NCBI RefSeq assembly: GCF_036321535.1
Contig: NC_087436.1
Span: 61,196,001-61,260,000 of the forward strand
DNA from: Camelus dromedarius
Taxonomy: Eukaryota
Reading direction: 5' to 3'
Length of the DNA: 64,000 nt
Shown here: piece by piece, positions 1 to 12,669 of the stretch
Numbering within the stretch: the first letter of the stretch is position 1
Layout: every line of letters begins with the position of its first letter
The notes under the pieces: generated by a model
Databases searched by the model: none
What the model was told of the DNA's origin: nothing
The model's input: the letters and a program-made list of their open reading frames with translations, nothing else
Program-made: the position numbers and the translations under genes

Positions 1-667
1 GACTATGTTTTGGACTACACCTTCTTAAAACTCCTTGATGCTTTCTCATGCTCATTAGAGGATTTTCTTTAGGCTAATTCACATTCACTGAGTGTCTCAA
101 TGGGAGAGGCACAGGTGTAAAATACCCAGGAAAGGGTAGCCCCATATATAAAGAGTTGATAAACTAGTAACTTCTGATGGCAGTCACACTGTTAGGGCAC
201 CTTTAACTGTAGCGTGGAATCTTCCTCTCCTCTTCCCCTTTCATTACCTCCTCGGGAGCAAATCTAGGCTCTGGGGTCAAGGGCAGAATGATTTAATGAT
301 TTTGGTGAACTGATAAAGGTGGTGTATTTAATCAGAGGCTGTTTGTAGAGAGAGAAGTCTGTTCTTGGAGTCACTTAAAGGAGAACTATAATCTAGAAAA
401 TTAAGAGCATCAGCAACATTTGCAGTTGTGGAACATCAAGGTTAGGAGGAAAAAAATAAAAGCCCGAGAGGGCACTCTTGTCACTGGTTTCAAAGGAGCT
501 AATTCTTAGGGTTATTAGCTGCCTCAATTTACAACGTTACATACCCTTGAACACCAAATGCTCATTATCAAAAATTAAGGAAGCGTGGAGCTAAGATTTG
601 AATTATATTTTAGATAATAGATTTTGGAACATGCTTCATATTGTTAAGATTGACCTGACCTTACAAC

Positions 668-1195
668 TGTTGCTGGAGAATAGGTTCTTGCCTCACTTAG
701 GAAAGAATTCAAGAGCAAGGCAGAGTAAAGTGAAACCAGTTTATTTAGAGAGATACACACTCCATAGGCAGAATACAGGCCATCTCAAAAGGCAAGAGGG
801 AGAGAGACCGAGAGGTGGGGGGGTGTTTAGTTTAAAGTAAAAGTGGGTATACATTCCATAGATAAGAGTGCTGGTCATCTTAGAAGGCAAGAGAGAGAGT
901 GACTCTGAGGTGTGTGGGTTGTTAGTTTTTATGGGCTTGGTAATTTCCTAGGCTAACGAGTGGGAGGATTATTCTTACTATTCTGGGGAAGGGGCAGAGA
1001 TTTCCAGGAATTGGGGCCCCGCCTATGTTTTGGACCTTTTATGGAACTGTCATGGTACCTTTGGGTATGCCATAAGGCTCAAGGTCTACTGGAAGTCGAA
1101 TCTTCTGACATCTTAGTTCTAACCAGTTTGTCCTGTCCTCAGTTGCTGTGTCATTCCGTGAGTGGTTGTGTCCTGCCCCCTATCATCCTATCTCG
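668..1195 (-). mobile_element. Solo ERV1-class LTR, MER41-like
   Basis: Begins TGTTG and ends ..TCTCG (CA terminus mutated); 4-bp TSD CAAC at 664-667 and 1196-1199; internal ~55-bp imperfect duplication (751-805 vs 847-900); resembles artiodactyl MER41-like LTRs from memory. Confidence 0.75.
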
Positions 1196-2354
1196 CAACT
1201 AATAAAGGCTTCACATAGGTATGGAATCTCATTTATAATACCTTTTTTCCAGAAGTATGAGAAAAACAAGGAAAAGCTCCTTTGTTTTTATTTCTATCAT
1301 GGTGCCCAGAAGTAGGCAAAATTATTAGGTAGGTAAAATCTGGCTTTGGAATCTATACTCTTGACTCTCCTTGGGCTCTTTGTGTCTGAAGGTCTTAACC
1401 ATGGACTCTTATCTTAATCTTTCCTTAGGAAGGAAACAGAAGTATCCTCAGTTCATAGGAAGTCAGATAAAAATGTTCTAATGGTGGATTTTCAGGCTTC
1501 CACTGTCTGTATGGGAATTCTGAGAGATGGATATTTACTTAACTGAGTCCATGGTAAGGCTGGCTCATTGCAGTGACTCTGGCTGGTCTCCTTAACTCTG
1601 CTTTTTATTTATTCCAAGCCAGCCTACACATACGTGCTAGAAAAAAAAACCTCCTTCATTAAATGTGATTTTTGTCACAAGTCTCAAATCAAGAATGACT
1701 GCCTGTTATATACTGCCACCATCACAGATACATCTGTCTGGCTTCCATAATCTTTTACTGACCCTTGAATTCTCCTTCCTTCTGTTAACAAAATTTTGGT
1801 TCTTCCATTTTTAATCCTAACAAACACATTTCTCATGATCACCTTTCAAAACTTACTTCTTCAGCTGAACAAATTATTGTCATGTCCCAGACTTGCTAAA
1901 AAATGACTTCCGTGCCTCAGCCCTTGACATTTCACTTCCGAAATGTTTTTTTGTCCCCCATTCTACCATGTATCTTTGTCTAAAAGCCCACTTCCCAGCC
2001 TCGCAGATTTCAATCACATCTCTGGAGAAAGGGACTGACCAACCATTCATAATAATTTTTTAAAGGTATCTCTGGGTAGAAGAAACATTCCTTTTGTCTA
2101 AGTTAAAGCCCTTACTTTATTATTTAAGTCCTTGTGCTTTCTTTTTTTTTTCTTTTGCTTTCTTAGAAGATGATGAAAAGCTAGTTACCTTCTTTCATTT
2201 AAGAATTCATAAATTTAAAGCCTGTTAAATTGCCTTTTATCCTATTCTTGCAGTTAAATACTCTTGTTTTCTTCATGCCTTTCTTACCTGACATGTTTTC
2301 CAAACTTTTAATTATTATCTGCAATTTCCTTTTAATATCAAATTCAGTCAGAAA

Positions 2355-2515
2355 TATCATATTTCATTGATTTTGAGGTACTTTTTTCTCACATTTTTAC
2401 ATGTCACATTTCAACATTTAGTAGGATTCATCTTATAATTGATAACATTTTACAATTATAAATGGCAGTACTTTTTTTTCTTAGTGATTTTTAAAATGAA
2501 GGTATATCTTGAATG
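2355..2515. mobile_element. Degenerate TcMar MITE (MER104-like)
   Basis: Motifs 'catatttcattgattttgagg..cacattt..catcttataattgat' resemble the MER104 consensus as recalled. Confidence 0.45.
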
Positions 2516-2533
2516 ATTAAAAAAGGCAGGGGG

Positions 2534-2742
2534 TAAACAACCAGGTCCTACTGTAGAACACAGGGAGCTATATTCAATACGTTGTAATAGCCTATAATGA
2601 AAAAGAATATGATAAGGAATATATACATGTATACTGAATCACTGTGCTGTACACCAGAAATTAACACAATATTGTAAATCAACTACAATTAAAAAAAAGA
2701 AACATTAAAAAAAAGATAAAAACTCTAAAAAAATGAAAAAAA
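2534..2742 (+). mobile_element. Young 5'-truncated L1 3' end with poly(A) tail
   Basis: Cetartiodactyl-type L1 tail (ggtcctactgtagaacacagggagctatattcaatac..actgaatcactgtgctgtacaccagaaattaacac), A-rich tail, perfect 15-bp TSD AAAAAAGGCAGGGGG at 2519-2533 and 2743-2757. Confidence 0.9.
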
Positions 2743-2884
2743 AAAAAAGGCAGGGGGAACTAGTCTAGATTAAAGGAAATTAAAGAGAAATGACAACCAA
2801 ATGCAGTGTATAATTTCTTGATGAGATCTTAGATTGAAACAAAATTAAAGAACAATAAAGTTTCACTATTTTTAAAATTATTTA

Positions 2885-3426
2885 AAGTTATTTTTTGACT
2901 TTATTGTGGTATAATTAACAAATACACTTTTAATTTATTTAAAGTGTACAATGTGATCATTTGATGTACATATACATTGTGGAAGGAGTTAGTTAACATA
3001 TCAATCACTTCACATATTTACTTTTATTTCCTTAGCGAGAACACTTAAGTTCTACTCTTTTAGCAAATTTCAGTTGTGCACTACAGTATTATCAGCCATA
3101 GTCACCATGTTATGTATTAGATCTTCCCGACCGTATTCATCTCATAACTGGAAGTTTGTTCCCTTTTAGCAGTATCTCCCTATGCCCTCCCCACTAATCC
3201 CCCCACCCCCTCTATAGCCCCCAGCCCCTGGTAACCACCATTCTACTCTCTGTTTCTATGTGTCTAAATTTTTTATTTTAAGATTCCTCATATAAAGATA
3301 CTATGCAGTATTTGAGTTTCTTTGTCTGGCTTATTTCATTCACTTAGCATAGTTCCCTGCCAGCTTCATCTGTTGGCACAAGTGGTAGGATTTCCTTCTT
3401 TTTTAAGGCAGGATAATATATATTCC

Positions 3427-3480
<54 letters not shown>

Positions 3481-3812
3481 CACACATACCACATTTTCTT
3501 TATCCATCCATCCATTGATGGACACTTAGGTTGTTTCCATATGTTGGCTATTGTGAAAAATACTGCTGTGAACATATAAGTACAGATATCTCTTTGAGAT
3601 AGTGAGTTCTTCTCTTTTGGATATATACTCAGAAGTGCGATTGCTGGATCATTTGGTAGTTCTATTTTTGATCTCATGAGGAGCCTCCATACTGTTTTCC
3701 ATAGTGGCTACACCAATTTACATTCCCACCAACATGGCACAAGGGTTCCCTTTTCTCCCAGTGCTTGTTATCTACTGCCTTTTTAATGATAGCCATTCTA
3801 ATAGGTGTGATA
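2885..3812 (-). mobile_element. L1 fragment (ORF2 C-terminus + 3'UTR), L1MA-age
   Basis: ORF 3366..3677 gives [48 protein letters not shown], the L1 ORF2p C-terminus; typical 3'UTR to the left. Confidence 0.9.
3429..3476. repeat. (TG)24 microsatellite inside L1
   Basis: Direct reading. Confidence 0.97.
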
Positions 3813-3884
3813 TCTTTCAAAATATTTTTTGATTTCCCTTCTGATTTCTTCTATGACTCATTGGTTTTTCAGTAGCATAGCAGG

Positions 3885-4076
3885 TAGAGCTGAATGTTAT
3901 AACCCTTTAATCATCTGGTTGGCTTTTTTTGGTGACCATCCCCCAATCCTGAAGCTACCTAGGGGCTCTTCCACCAAGTATCATCTCATAAGCATACAGA
4001 AGATACCCATCACTTAGGAAATTCTGTGCCAGAAACTGGGAACAAAGACCAAATATTTATTTTTTTTTATACCATA
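3885..4076. mobile_element. MER21-like LTR fragment
   Basis: 'ggtgaccatcccccaatcctgaagcta..gtgccagaaactgggaacaaagaccaaatatttatt' resembles a MER21 terminus. Confidence 0.6.
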
Positions 4077-4314
4077 GGCCCATAATGTGAGTGGACTCAA
4101 GAAGTTCTCAAAGAGTAGGGTGTGACAATGGCCTGAATTCCCAATAGAGATTCCTGCATGACCTCAGGAAGATAGCAGAGGAGAATGAAGGAACTTACTT
4201 TCTGAAAGGGTAACTCTTATCTTCAGACATATCGCCTTCATCTGTTTATGTATTGCTGAGGGAATGGTCCCTCAAACTGCTCTTTAGGATGCTACTCCTT
4301 ATCTTATTATCTTC

Positions 4315-4778
4315 TGTCTTAATTAACTCAGGCTGTCATAACAAGATACAACAGACTGGGTGGCTTAAACAGCAGAAATTTATTTCTCATAGTTCTGAAG
4401 GTTGGTTAAGTCCAAGATCAAGGTAGGGTAGGGTAGGTTTCAGTGTGAGGCTGCTTCTCTTCCCTTGCAGGCATTTGCCATCTTGCTGTCAGCTCATATG
4501 ATCTATTCTTTGTATTTGTGAGGAAAGGGAGGGAGGATGGAAGGGAGACAGGGAGGGGGAGAAAGAAAGAGAGAAAGAGAGCAGGAGTGTGTGCGTGCAT
4601 GCACTCTTTCAGGTGTCTCTTCCTGTAAGAATAGTAATCCTATGGGATCAAGGGATCCACCTTTACGACATCCTTGAACCTTAATCACCTTATAGGCGCT
4701 GTCTCCCGAAACAGTCATATTAAGGGTTAGGGCTTCAACATATGAGTTTTGTGGAGATACATCATTTAGTCCATAACA
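4315..4778 (-). mobile_element. MaLR LTR (MLT1A-like)
   Basis: TG..CA termini; 'gactgggtggcttaaacagcagaaatttatttctcatagttctg..aagtccaagatcaagg..ggcttcaacatatgagttt'. Confidence 0.85.
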
Positions 4779-7700
4779 TTCCCTGTTTTCAGTACTACTA
4801 AAACCCCACAAAATTCCAGTATCTTGTTCCTAAAGAATTTGCTTTAAAAAGACCACTAGAGGAGGATTAATTGAATGGAATTAGTTACTAATGGTGATGT
4901 TTTAGCTCTCAGTAGGAAAGAGATATGTGGGATGAGGTTGGAAAAACAGATTTGGGAGGTGAAGGATGAGAGGATCTGTTAAGTTTAAAATCATGCCTTC
5001 TGGGCAACCTTATATTTTAACTATAATCAAGACTAAGTCTTCATCTTTCCAACAAACTTTATAACTAATTCCTGGAATCTGGAATCAGCGTTCGTTAAAA
5101 TTCATTTTAAATTGCTGATTTTCTTCCTTCTGTTTGACTAGCTCTTGGCCACTTTTTGGAGCTATTTTTTTCCTTGAAGAATTCTCTCATTAGAACAGTT
5201 TCTGACCTCAGCCCTTTGGGACACATCATAGATAGGAAAGCCTCACTCTGTATGTTTGGATATTTTTGTGTTGGCACCATTTCTTCTATGGCTTCTCACT
5301 CCATGGGGTTGATTCAAGCACAGAGCTCCTACTGACTTCAAAGGACTCTGAAGTAAAGTGAGAAATAGTTTTACAGAAATTTCCCAAAGATATTTTGGAT
5401 TTATAAGATGCATTGGTAATATTTTTAAAAGATGTGAATATTAGTACTGGAAAATGAGTGGATATTGTGAGTACCAGTTAGACAAAGTTAAGAAATTCTC
5501 CTTTGATAGTAGGAAAAAAGCTCTTGTAAATTCTTGGTAGCATTCATTCTTCTGAGGAGAAATTTTTAGGTTAGGTTGTGGTTTAAAAGGCATAAAGATG
5601 GAATCCTTTAAATCAAATCCCTACTTTATATATGTCAAATATCTACTACATTATTTTTATAACATGAGTATAAAAATTATTAACTATTTTGAAAAAGATA
5701 CATGGTGTATACAATTTAAAGAAAATATTTTCTTAATTTCTTGGAATTTTTCAAATTTCTCAGAAACAGTTTTAAATTTCATATAGGATCTAGACAGTGA
5801 CTAGTTTTGCTTGTAATGTTGTTTCACAGATTGGAGAATATCACATATCTGTATGAGAATCATTCAGGCACTTTCAGAAAAAAGGAAACTTATTGTAAGA
5901 TACAAGGGTATATGCAGACAGGAACCAGAAAAGAGTCAGTGAGGCGCTGGGGATTGACTCTTTGCAGTAATTTTTTTGTGTGTTTTCTCTATTGTACTTT
6001 CCCTTCCAACTGGCCGTTTGTAGACACGATGCCTTACGTGTCCAGTACAATAGTCTTTTTTTCCCTGTTTTCCAGCGTGTTTTGTTTCCTCCACTGGAGC
6101 AACAACTCTGACAGAACAGGGCAGAAATGATGGCTGTCCTGGATGTTCCTCTCAATGCAGAGACAGGTACAGTAGATGAGACTTACAGTGGAAATAAAGA
6201 AAAAATCCCAGAATTCCAGCCTACAGAAAGAATGATGTGAACATGATAAAGAGACATCACAGAACTGAACGAAAGAAAGAAATACAGGGTTCTCTGATTA
6301 GGAAGTGAAAAGATATCTTTCTTTGCTCATAGAGATCTAGCATTTCTGTCCTGCTCCACGTTTGGCATTCTTTTTATTGCTTATGTGATCATTCACACTG
6401 AATATGCCACCACCACTCCTTCATGAGGGAAAAGGACCAAGGTGGCTTTATGATAAACTAGTCATTAATGCCTTTCATTTTCATGAACATATGGTTGGAA
6501 GTTCATTGACAAAGTAAACATCTAAACTTGAGCTTCCAAATTAGCATGTAGATACTTAGCATTCTCATTGCCAGATATATAGCTTCATTGAAATAAAAGA
6601 AACAGTATTTCATTGGGAAGATATACCATCTTTTAAAGGAAACAATGGATAACTTATCTAAGTTTAATGGAGAGCATGATCTTCATGCTTTGTGTCGATC
6701 TATTCACTAACTCTCCTTATCAGGTATAATATATCCTTGTTGCCAGCTTCATTTAATTGAACTTGTGGTAACTGATTCAGTTGAGCACTTTAATTAGGTA
6801 ATTATTTTGTTATAAGAACTGCTTTTCAGCTTGCTAGAGAGAGTGAATTTTCCATTTTTCTCAAGCTAAAAATGGAACCTGGATTCTTTTCTTTTAGAAC
6901 AAAGTGAAATAAAAACGATCAGATATAAAATTAAGCTGAGATCGAGCTGTAGAACAAAGAAAAATAACCTTGACTTATGTTTTGATAAGCATGCCTCTGA
7001 GAAGTGAAGACAGAATTATGGTTTCTCAGATTGTGAATACTGCCAGTGGGTAGTCATCACTTTTGAACAGAGTGATTTTTAGTTACCTGCCTCAGTTTCC
7101 TCCAGAAGTGAAGATTTCTTTCCCATACTCTGTGCAAGAAAATAACTTATGGAAAAAGAAAATAGATCACAAGAAAATACTCCTATCTCTTGAGTTTGAA
7201 CAGATGTCCCTGGATCTAGGAAATTTTTTTTTTCCGGGCAAATTAATTATTGCCCTGTTTGAAAATTTATTGTGAAAGTTAGTCATTTATAACTTCAGAA
7301 GGAGACTTTGTCTTGAAGAAAAGACTCAGGCTCTGAAAATACTGCCTTGTCTAGACTGAGCACCTTGAAATAAAGCTATTCTCAAATTCTCCACATACTT
7401 GTTAAGATTCAACCTTATTATCTTTTGTTGGTTGGAAGGACCGATCGTAAATAATCTGAGGATACCTTAGATCAGACAAACAAATAATTAGAGTTGACAC
7501 TATTAAAGCCAACAAGACCCTAATTAATTGATTTGCTAATTGCTTTCTCCATTTGCAGATGTTGGTCCAAATTGGGTTTTAAGCTGTGACAGGGCCACAA
7601 GATAAACATTTTCTTTCTCTAAATTACCAGTTACCTGCCAGCTTTCCAGTCGCACCATCAACTGGTCTTTAGAGGTTTTTATTCATTAAAGGATTGAGGC

Positions 7701-7942
7701 TAATTCCAAATAGTTTTCATCTGAAACATAATATTCATATATAAGCTCTTTGTGGAATGCTCAGTCAATATGGTAATTACATTTGCTTTAGAATTTTTTA
7801 GCTTCATATTTTCAGCAAGGAAAATAAAACAAAGGAGACATTTTTCATTTAAACAAATGATGTTGCAAGTGTAGCTTTCCCTAGTGGATGATAAGAATAA
7901 TGACAGTTCTTTTCCAGACACCCAGGGGCCAGAGAAGGGCTG

Positions 7943-8426
7943 TGTTCTAGTCACCACTGTGCAATAAACCATTCCAAAATCTAATGGCACAAAATAACAA
8001 ACATTTTATTATCTGTAACAGCTTTGTGGGTTGGCAGGGCTCAGCCTGGGCTATTCTTCTGTTTTACATGATGTCATCAGGGCTGCAGTCATCTGGGAAC
8101 TCGTCTAGGCTGAAACATCCAAGTTGATGTACTTATATGGCTGGCAGGAGGTGCTGGCCATCTGCTTAGAGTTCAGCAGTTGACAGGAGCACCTCAGTTT
8201 TCTCCATATGGGCTTCTTAAAGCATGATCAATGGACTACAAGAGAAATGTTTAAATAGAAGAGAGAGGAAGGTGCAGGTCTCTCAAGGCCCACCCTTGAA
8301 AGTTACACGGTATCCACCTGCTACATTCTATTAGTCAGAGTGGTTTACAGAGCCAGGCCAGATTCAAAGTGGTTATACTAAGTAGGATATGGTCACTGGG
8401 ACCATCTTTGGAAACTAGCCATAATA
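7943..8426 (-). mobile_element. MaLR LTR (MLT1H/I-like)
   Basis: MLT1 motifs 'gggctgcagtcatctggg','acattctattagtcaga','ccagattcaaag','gggaccatctttggaaact'. Confidence 0.7.
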
Positions 8427-8669
8427 GGTGGAAACAAAGGTGACATGAAGCATTTTTTAAAAAGCTCTGTCTTGGCCTTTTTCTGTGACCATCTTCATTG
8501 GTCATGGTTATTACTGAGGGTAACTTCAGTTGGAATCAGGAATAGGTATTAAATTTTCTTTCTTTTAAACTTTCTTATTTGTTAAACAGAGCCAACAGGT
8601 GAAAACCTGTATTCTCTTTGAGAAGAGTTTTCGAGGTATTTCTCCTTTTTCCTAGCTGCTCGTGTTGTG

Positions 8670-8915
8670 ATGGTGGTGTGTAGACTTTGGAGTCAAGTTT
8701 CTTTAATTGGGCTCCTTCAGTTACTGTGTGACTAGCTGTGTGAATCTGGGTAAGAGATTGGTACTTACAAACCTCGGTTTCCTCATCTTTATGATAGGAT
8801 ATTCATTCTACTGTATAGATTGTGAGAATTGAGATACTATATATGAAGTGTTTATCAGAGTGCCTGGAACATAGTGAGTACTCAGAAAGTTGTAGCTACT
8901 GTTTATTATGTAGTA
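8670..8915 (+). mobile_element. MIR SINE
   Basis: Core 'actagctgtgtgaatctggg..cctcggtttcctcatct..agtgcctggaacatagtgagtactca'. Confidence 0.8.
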
Positions 8916-10612
8916 ATGGGTGTACAGGAGAACCTAACCACCAAGGAATTGAGCATTTTTCTTCTTATGCTTATGCCACATTTTATGCCTTCTGCCATGG
9001 ATTCACATAATGAGGGTTGTTTTGGTGTTGAAAGTGGGGAAACTGGGAGGGGACTGGAAAGCAGTGAGTGGAAGCAGGCCAGGAACACAAATGTCTGGTT
9101 CCCATGGTCTCCACCTGGACATTATAATATCAGAACTTCTTGAATTATGTGGGCCCATGGTCTTTGTATTCTTTTAAATTATTCCACAACTCCTGCGAAG
9201 GAAAAGTATAGCTATCAGATGCTCCAAAAATGAAGGGTGGTAATTTGCATGAGTTATACCACCTGGGAAAAGCAAACTTACATATTTAATTTTCTCGCAT
9301 CTCCCACATTCATTTGCCACATATATGCTGTGACATAGTATTTGGAAAAGAGACACTTACCAAGGGTTTGTCTGTCATGGGGGCAGGGCTGTTTCTCTAT
9401 TCCTCTGGCTTCATTGTTTCCATGTGCAGGGACTTAGAATAACCTTTTGGCCTCTTGTTCCATCCATTATTCTTGTGAGTTTCCTGAGTTACCTGAACAA
9501 TATCCACTGTGCCATGATTCTCAAGGCCCCAAATTCTGGGGATATGTTCTCTTATGTTTTGTATTACTCTAGATACAATGAGGAAACAGTTACTGTAGGA
9601 ATATGTGTCCTGTAGAACCAAACTTTCCTTTAGATGGGCTTTCCTAAGGTCTAGTATGGGTGGAGGGACAAGAAAAGGTCATAAATTATTTGGGTTACAA
9701 ATAATTATCAGTGCATCACCTTTATTTATCCATTGGTCCTAAACTAGGAGAAGAAAGAAATGGATGTTATTTATTGACTCCCTAAAACCCGAACAGTGTC
9801 ATTTTCTAACCCCTACTTAGCTGATGTTGTCTGAATGATTGAGACTTATCTGGTTGAACTGAACTTATGTCCAATTTTTCTTGAAAAAAATATGTATTCT
9901 TTAGCATCTATATATGAGCAGTAAAAAGAAAAACTTTTCTTTTTAAAAGCAAACATTTACAGAACTCTTGAATTTTTTCTTTCATACCTACTGTATCTCT
10001 GTTAATGACACAGGTATGTTTCTCTTTACTTATTCAACAAATACTTATTTAGCACCTTCTACATGCCAAGCTCTGTCTTAGATGTTGGAGCTATCACTGG
10101 AAAGAAAAAATAGATGTAGTTCCTACTCTTCTTGTTGATCTTATATTCTACCTGGGAGACTGGCATGAATCTAAAAATAAATCATGCAAATTGTTGTGTA
10201 TATAAGAACAAGCTGAAGTAATAATCTATAATTCTGTGAAAGTGTTTAACAGATACCCTGCCCTGGACTGTGTCTGGGACTGGGGACATGGAAAGTTTAT
10301 CTTTGAAGGAATGATGCTTGAGCTAAGGATGAGCACAAATCAACAGATGAGGTGAAGTTGCCTGGGTCTGTATACCCATAGAGAAACAATTAACTGGACC
10401 TCTGACCTTATATTTGACTGTCTGTAGCATTCTATCCAGCCTTTCTGAATATTCGGCTATGGCAATGATTTTCTATCATACTTTCCAACTACCTTGACCA
10501 GTTTTCCTAAACCTAAAATGAGAGCACATGACCTGTCAAAGGATTTTTTCCCCCTAAGTTGTCAATTTATTTTTTATGCATTCACTCACTCACTCACTCC
10601 CTACTTACTCTT

Positions 10613-10664
10613 TCCATCCATCCATCCATCCATCCATCCATCCATCCATCCATCCATCCATCCA
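10613..10664. repeat. (CCAT)n microsatellite at an L2 3' end
   Basis: About 13 units, followed by the minus-strand L2 tail 'atttattgagtgcctgtatgtgcc'. Confidence 0.9.
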
Positions 10665-11035
10665 ACACCATTTATTGAGTGCCTGTATGTGCCCAGTGCC
10701 ATGTTAGGAAATGGGATGTAGCAAGCCATAAAAACAAAATCATAGTTAATTGACATTAATTATATCCTTCACTGGGCTCCTACATTACTGTATTTCTCTC
10801 TCTGCTCTTTTAAGTTGTGTTTATTAACTTTCATGTTTGTCTCCATAAGATTCAGCTCTGCAGTCAGGCACTATGTCTTACTCATTTTTGGCTTCCTGGT
10901 GCTAAATATGGTGACTGACACACAGTTGGTATTTAAGAAATACTTGTTATTGAGGAGCATAACATTAAACATTAGATGAATGTTTACTGTTATTGCATAG
11001 GATAAAATTGGAATAAACAGTTTGATGCTCTGGTA

Positions 11036-11390
11036 TGTTAGAAGATGAACTGGGGCACGTTGACATTTTCAAGAGTTTATATTGAGTATACACTGATTTG
11101 AATTAGGCAGTGCCAAGTTTAAAGTGGTTAGGTGTACTTCACCTGCAGGAACTAGGGGAGAGGCTTTTTAAAAAGAAGATGCTGCAGCAAAGAAAATAAA
11201 TGATTTATTTGGTTATATTTTAAGTGGTTGCCTTATTTGGGAAAGTCTAATTAACTGTGGTTGGCTGTTCTTAAGTTTCACTTTCTTGGGTTCAGGTGCA
11301 CTGACTCTTAGATTTTGGTTTGCTTATATAGGCTACCAAGACATTAGCGAAACCTCAATCTGATGGTCTCCTTTTTTAAATACTTTAACA
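11036..11390 (-). mobile_element. Solo ERV1-type LTR (MER89/MER90-like)
   Basis: TGTTA..TAACA inverted termini; flanks GGTA/GGTG (3/4 TSD match). Confidence 0.65.
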
Positions 11391-12538
11391 GGTGTAAGCT
11401 AGTAATTCCTCACCTTAAATGGAGCTGATGGCTTCTGGTGAGACTTCAGTAGGCATGGCCAGGAGCCATCAATACCAGTCCCTCTGCCATTGTCTTAACT
11501 GAGTCCCTCAGCCAAGCACTTTGCTTCTTAGTGCCTCAAATCTTAGAATCTTCCAGTGAGCAAGAGCAGTAACACATTGCCCCAATCCTTGGGAAGATGA
11601 ATGGAATGGATTGAAGAAGGGATCCTATTCCTTGGACATAAGTGCTGCATAATCAAGGTTTTAATTATGGCAACCAATGAATTGGCAAACTTAATCATAC
11701 CACTACCACGTTCTATCTATAGATTCTAGAAGAATTCATTGAACTAGTCAAAAGCTAAGGTAAGGAATATGAACCATTTTTTTTGGCTTCAGAAAGAATT
11801 TCTATAATATTCACAGTTCTCTTCTAAAACAGTAAAGGCTGTTTTAGAAGAGTGAATGAAGTACCTCACACAGATCTCAACTCAAAATAGACCTGTGAGA
11901 TTCAGATGCAAAAAGAGGCCATAATTTCTTCCCTCACAAGTGCAGTACAAATCAAATGATTTCCATTTGCTTTTTTTGTCATTTTAGCCACCGCTATAGC
12001 TTTATTATATCTTTGTGTTTCTCTCCTGTTTTCCCTAACAATTCCTCCTAAGATTTTCCACAGTTCTTGGCTGAGAAGTAAACTTATAAATTACCTGACA
12101 GTAAAGTCAGAGGATAAGTAAATCACCATCCAGTCTGATCACAAAATCAAAATGTTTGTGATATGTCAAACCTTTAACAAGTCAAATGCTTCTTTTCAAA
12201 AATGTGTCTGTTCTCCTTCATGCTGAGAACAACCGAGTCATTCCATGAATTTTGCTCAAAGACCAAAGATGCAGTGCCTTCAGACTACAAATTATGTCAA
12301 ACATCTAACAAAATGACTAAGCAGCATTAATGTCTTTTTACTTTTAAGAATCTTTTTTCAGAGTTTAATTCCCTGTAGAACAGAGTTGAGCTCTGGGTCT
12401 TTGGTAACTCAAGTAGATAATGTAAAATTTGTCCTGAAGTTTAAGGGAATAAAAGTTTAGTCTACAGGCCCTGAGTTATTTATGCTTTTCTGTTAATGAC
12501 ACCAGATATTTTCCTTCTAAATAGTCTACATAATTATG

Positions 12539-12539
<1 letters not shown>

Positions 12540-12595
<56 letters not shown>

Positions 12596-12633
12596 TTTAC
12601 ATATATATACACATTTACATATATACATATATA

Positions 12634-12669
<36 letters not shown>
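12540..12669. repeat. Compound (TA)n(CA)n..(TG)n(TA)n microsatellite
   Basis: Direct reading. Confidence 0.95.

Noticed and set aside
11723..11759. Possible exon ending AAG|GTAAGG (ILEEFIELVKS*)
   Set aside because: Weak pyrimidine tract and stops in all frames.
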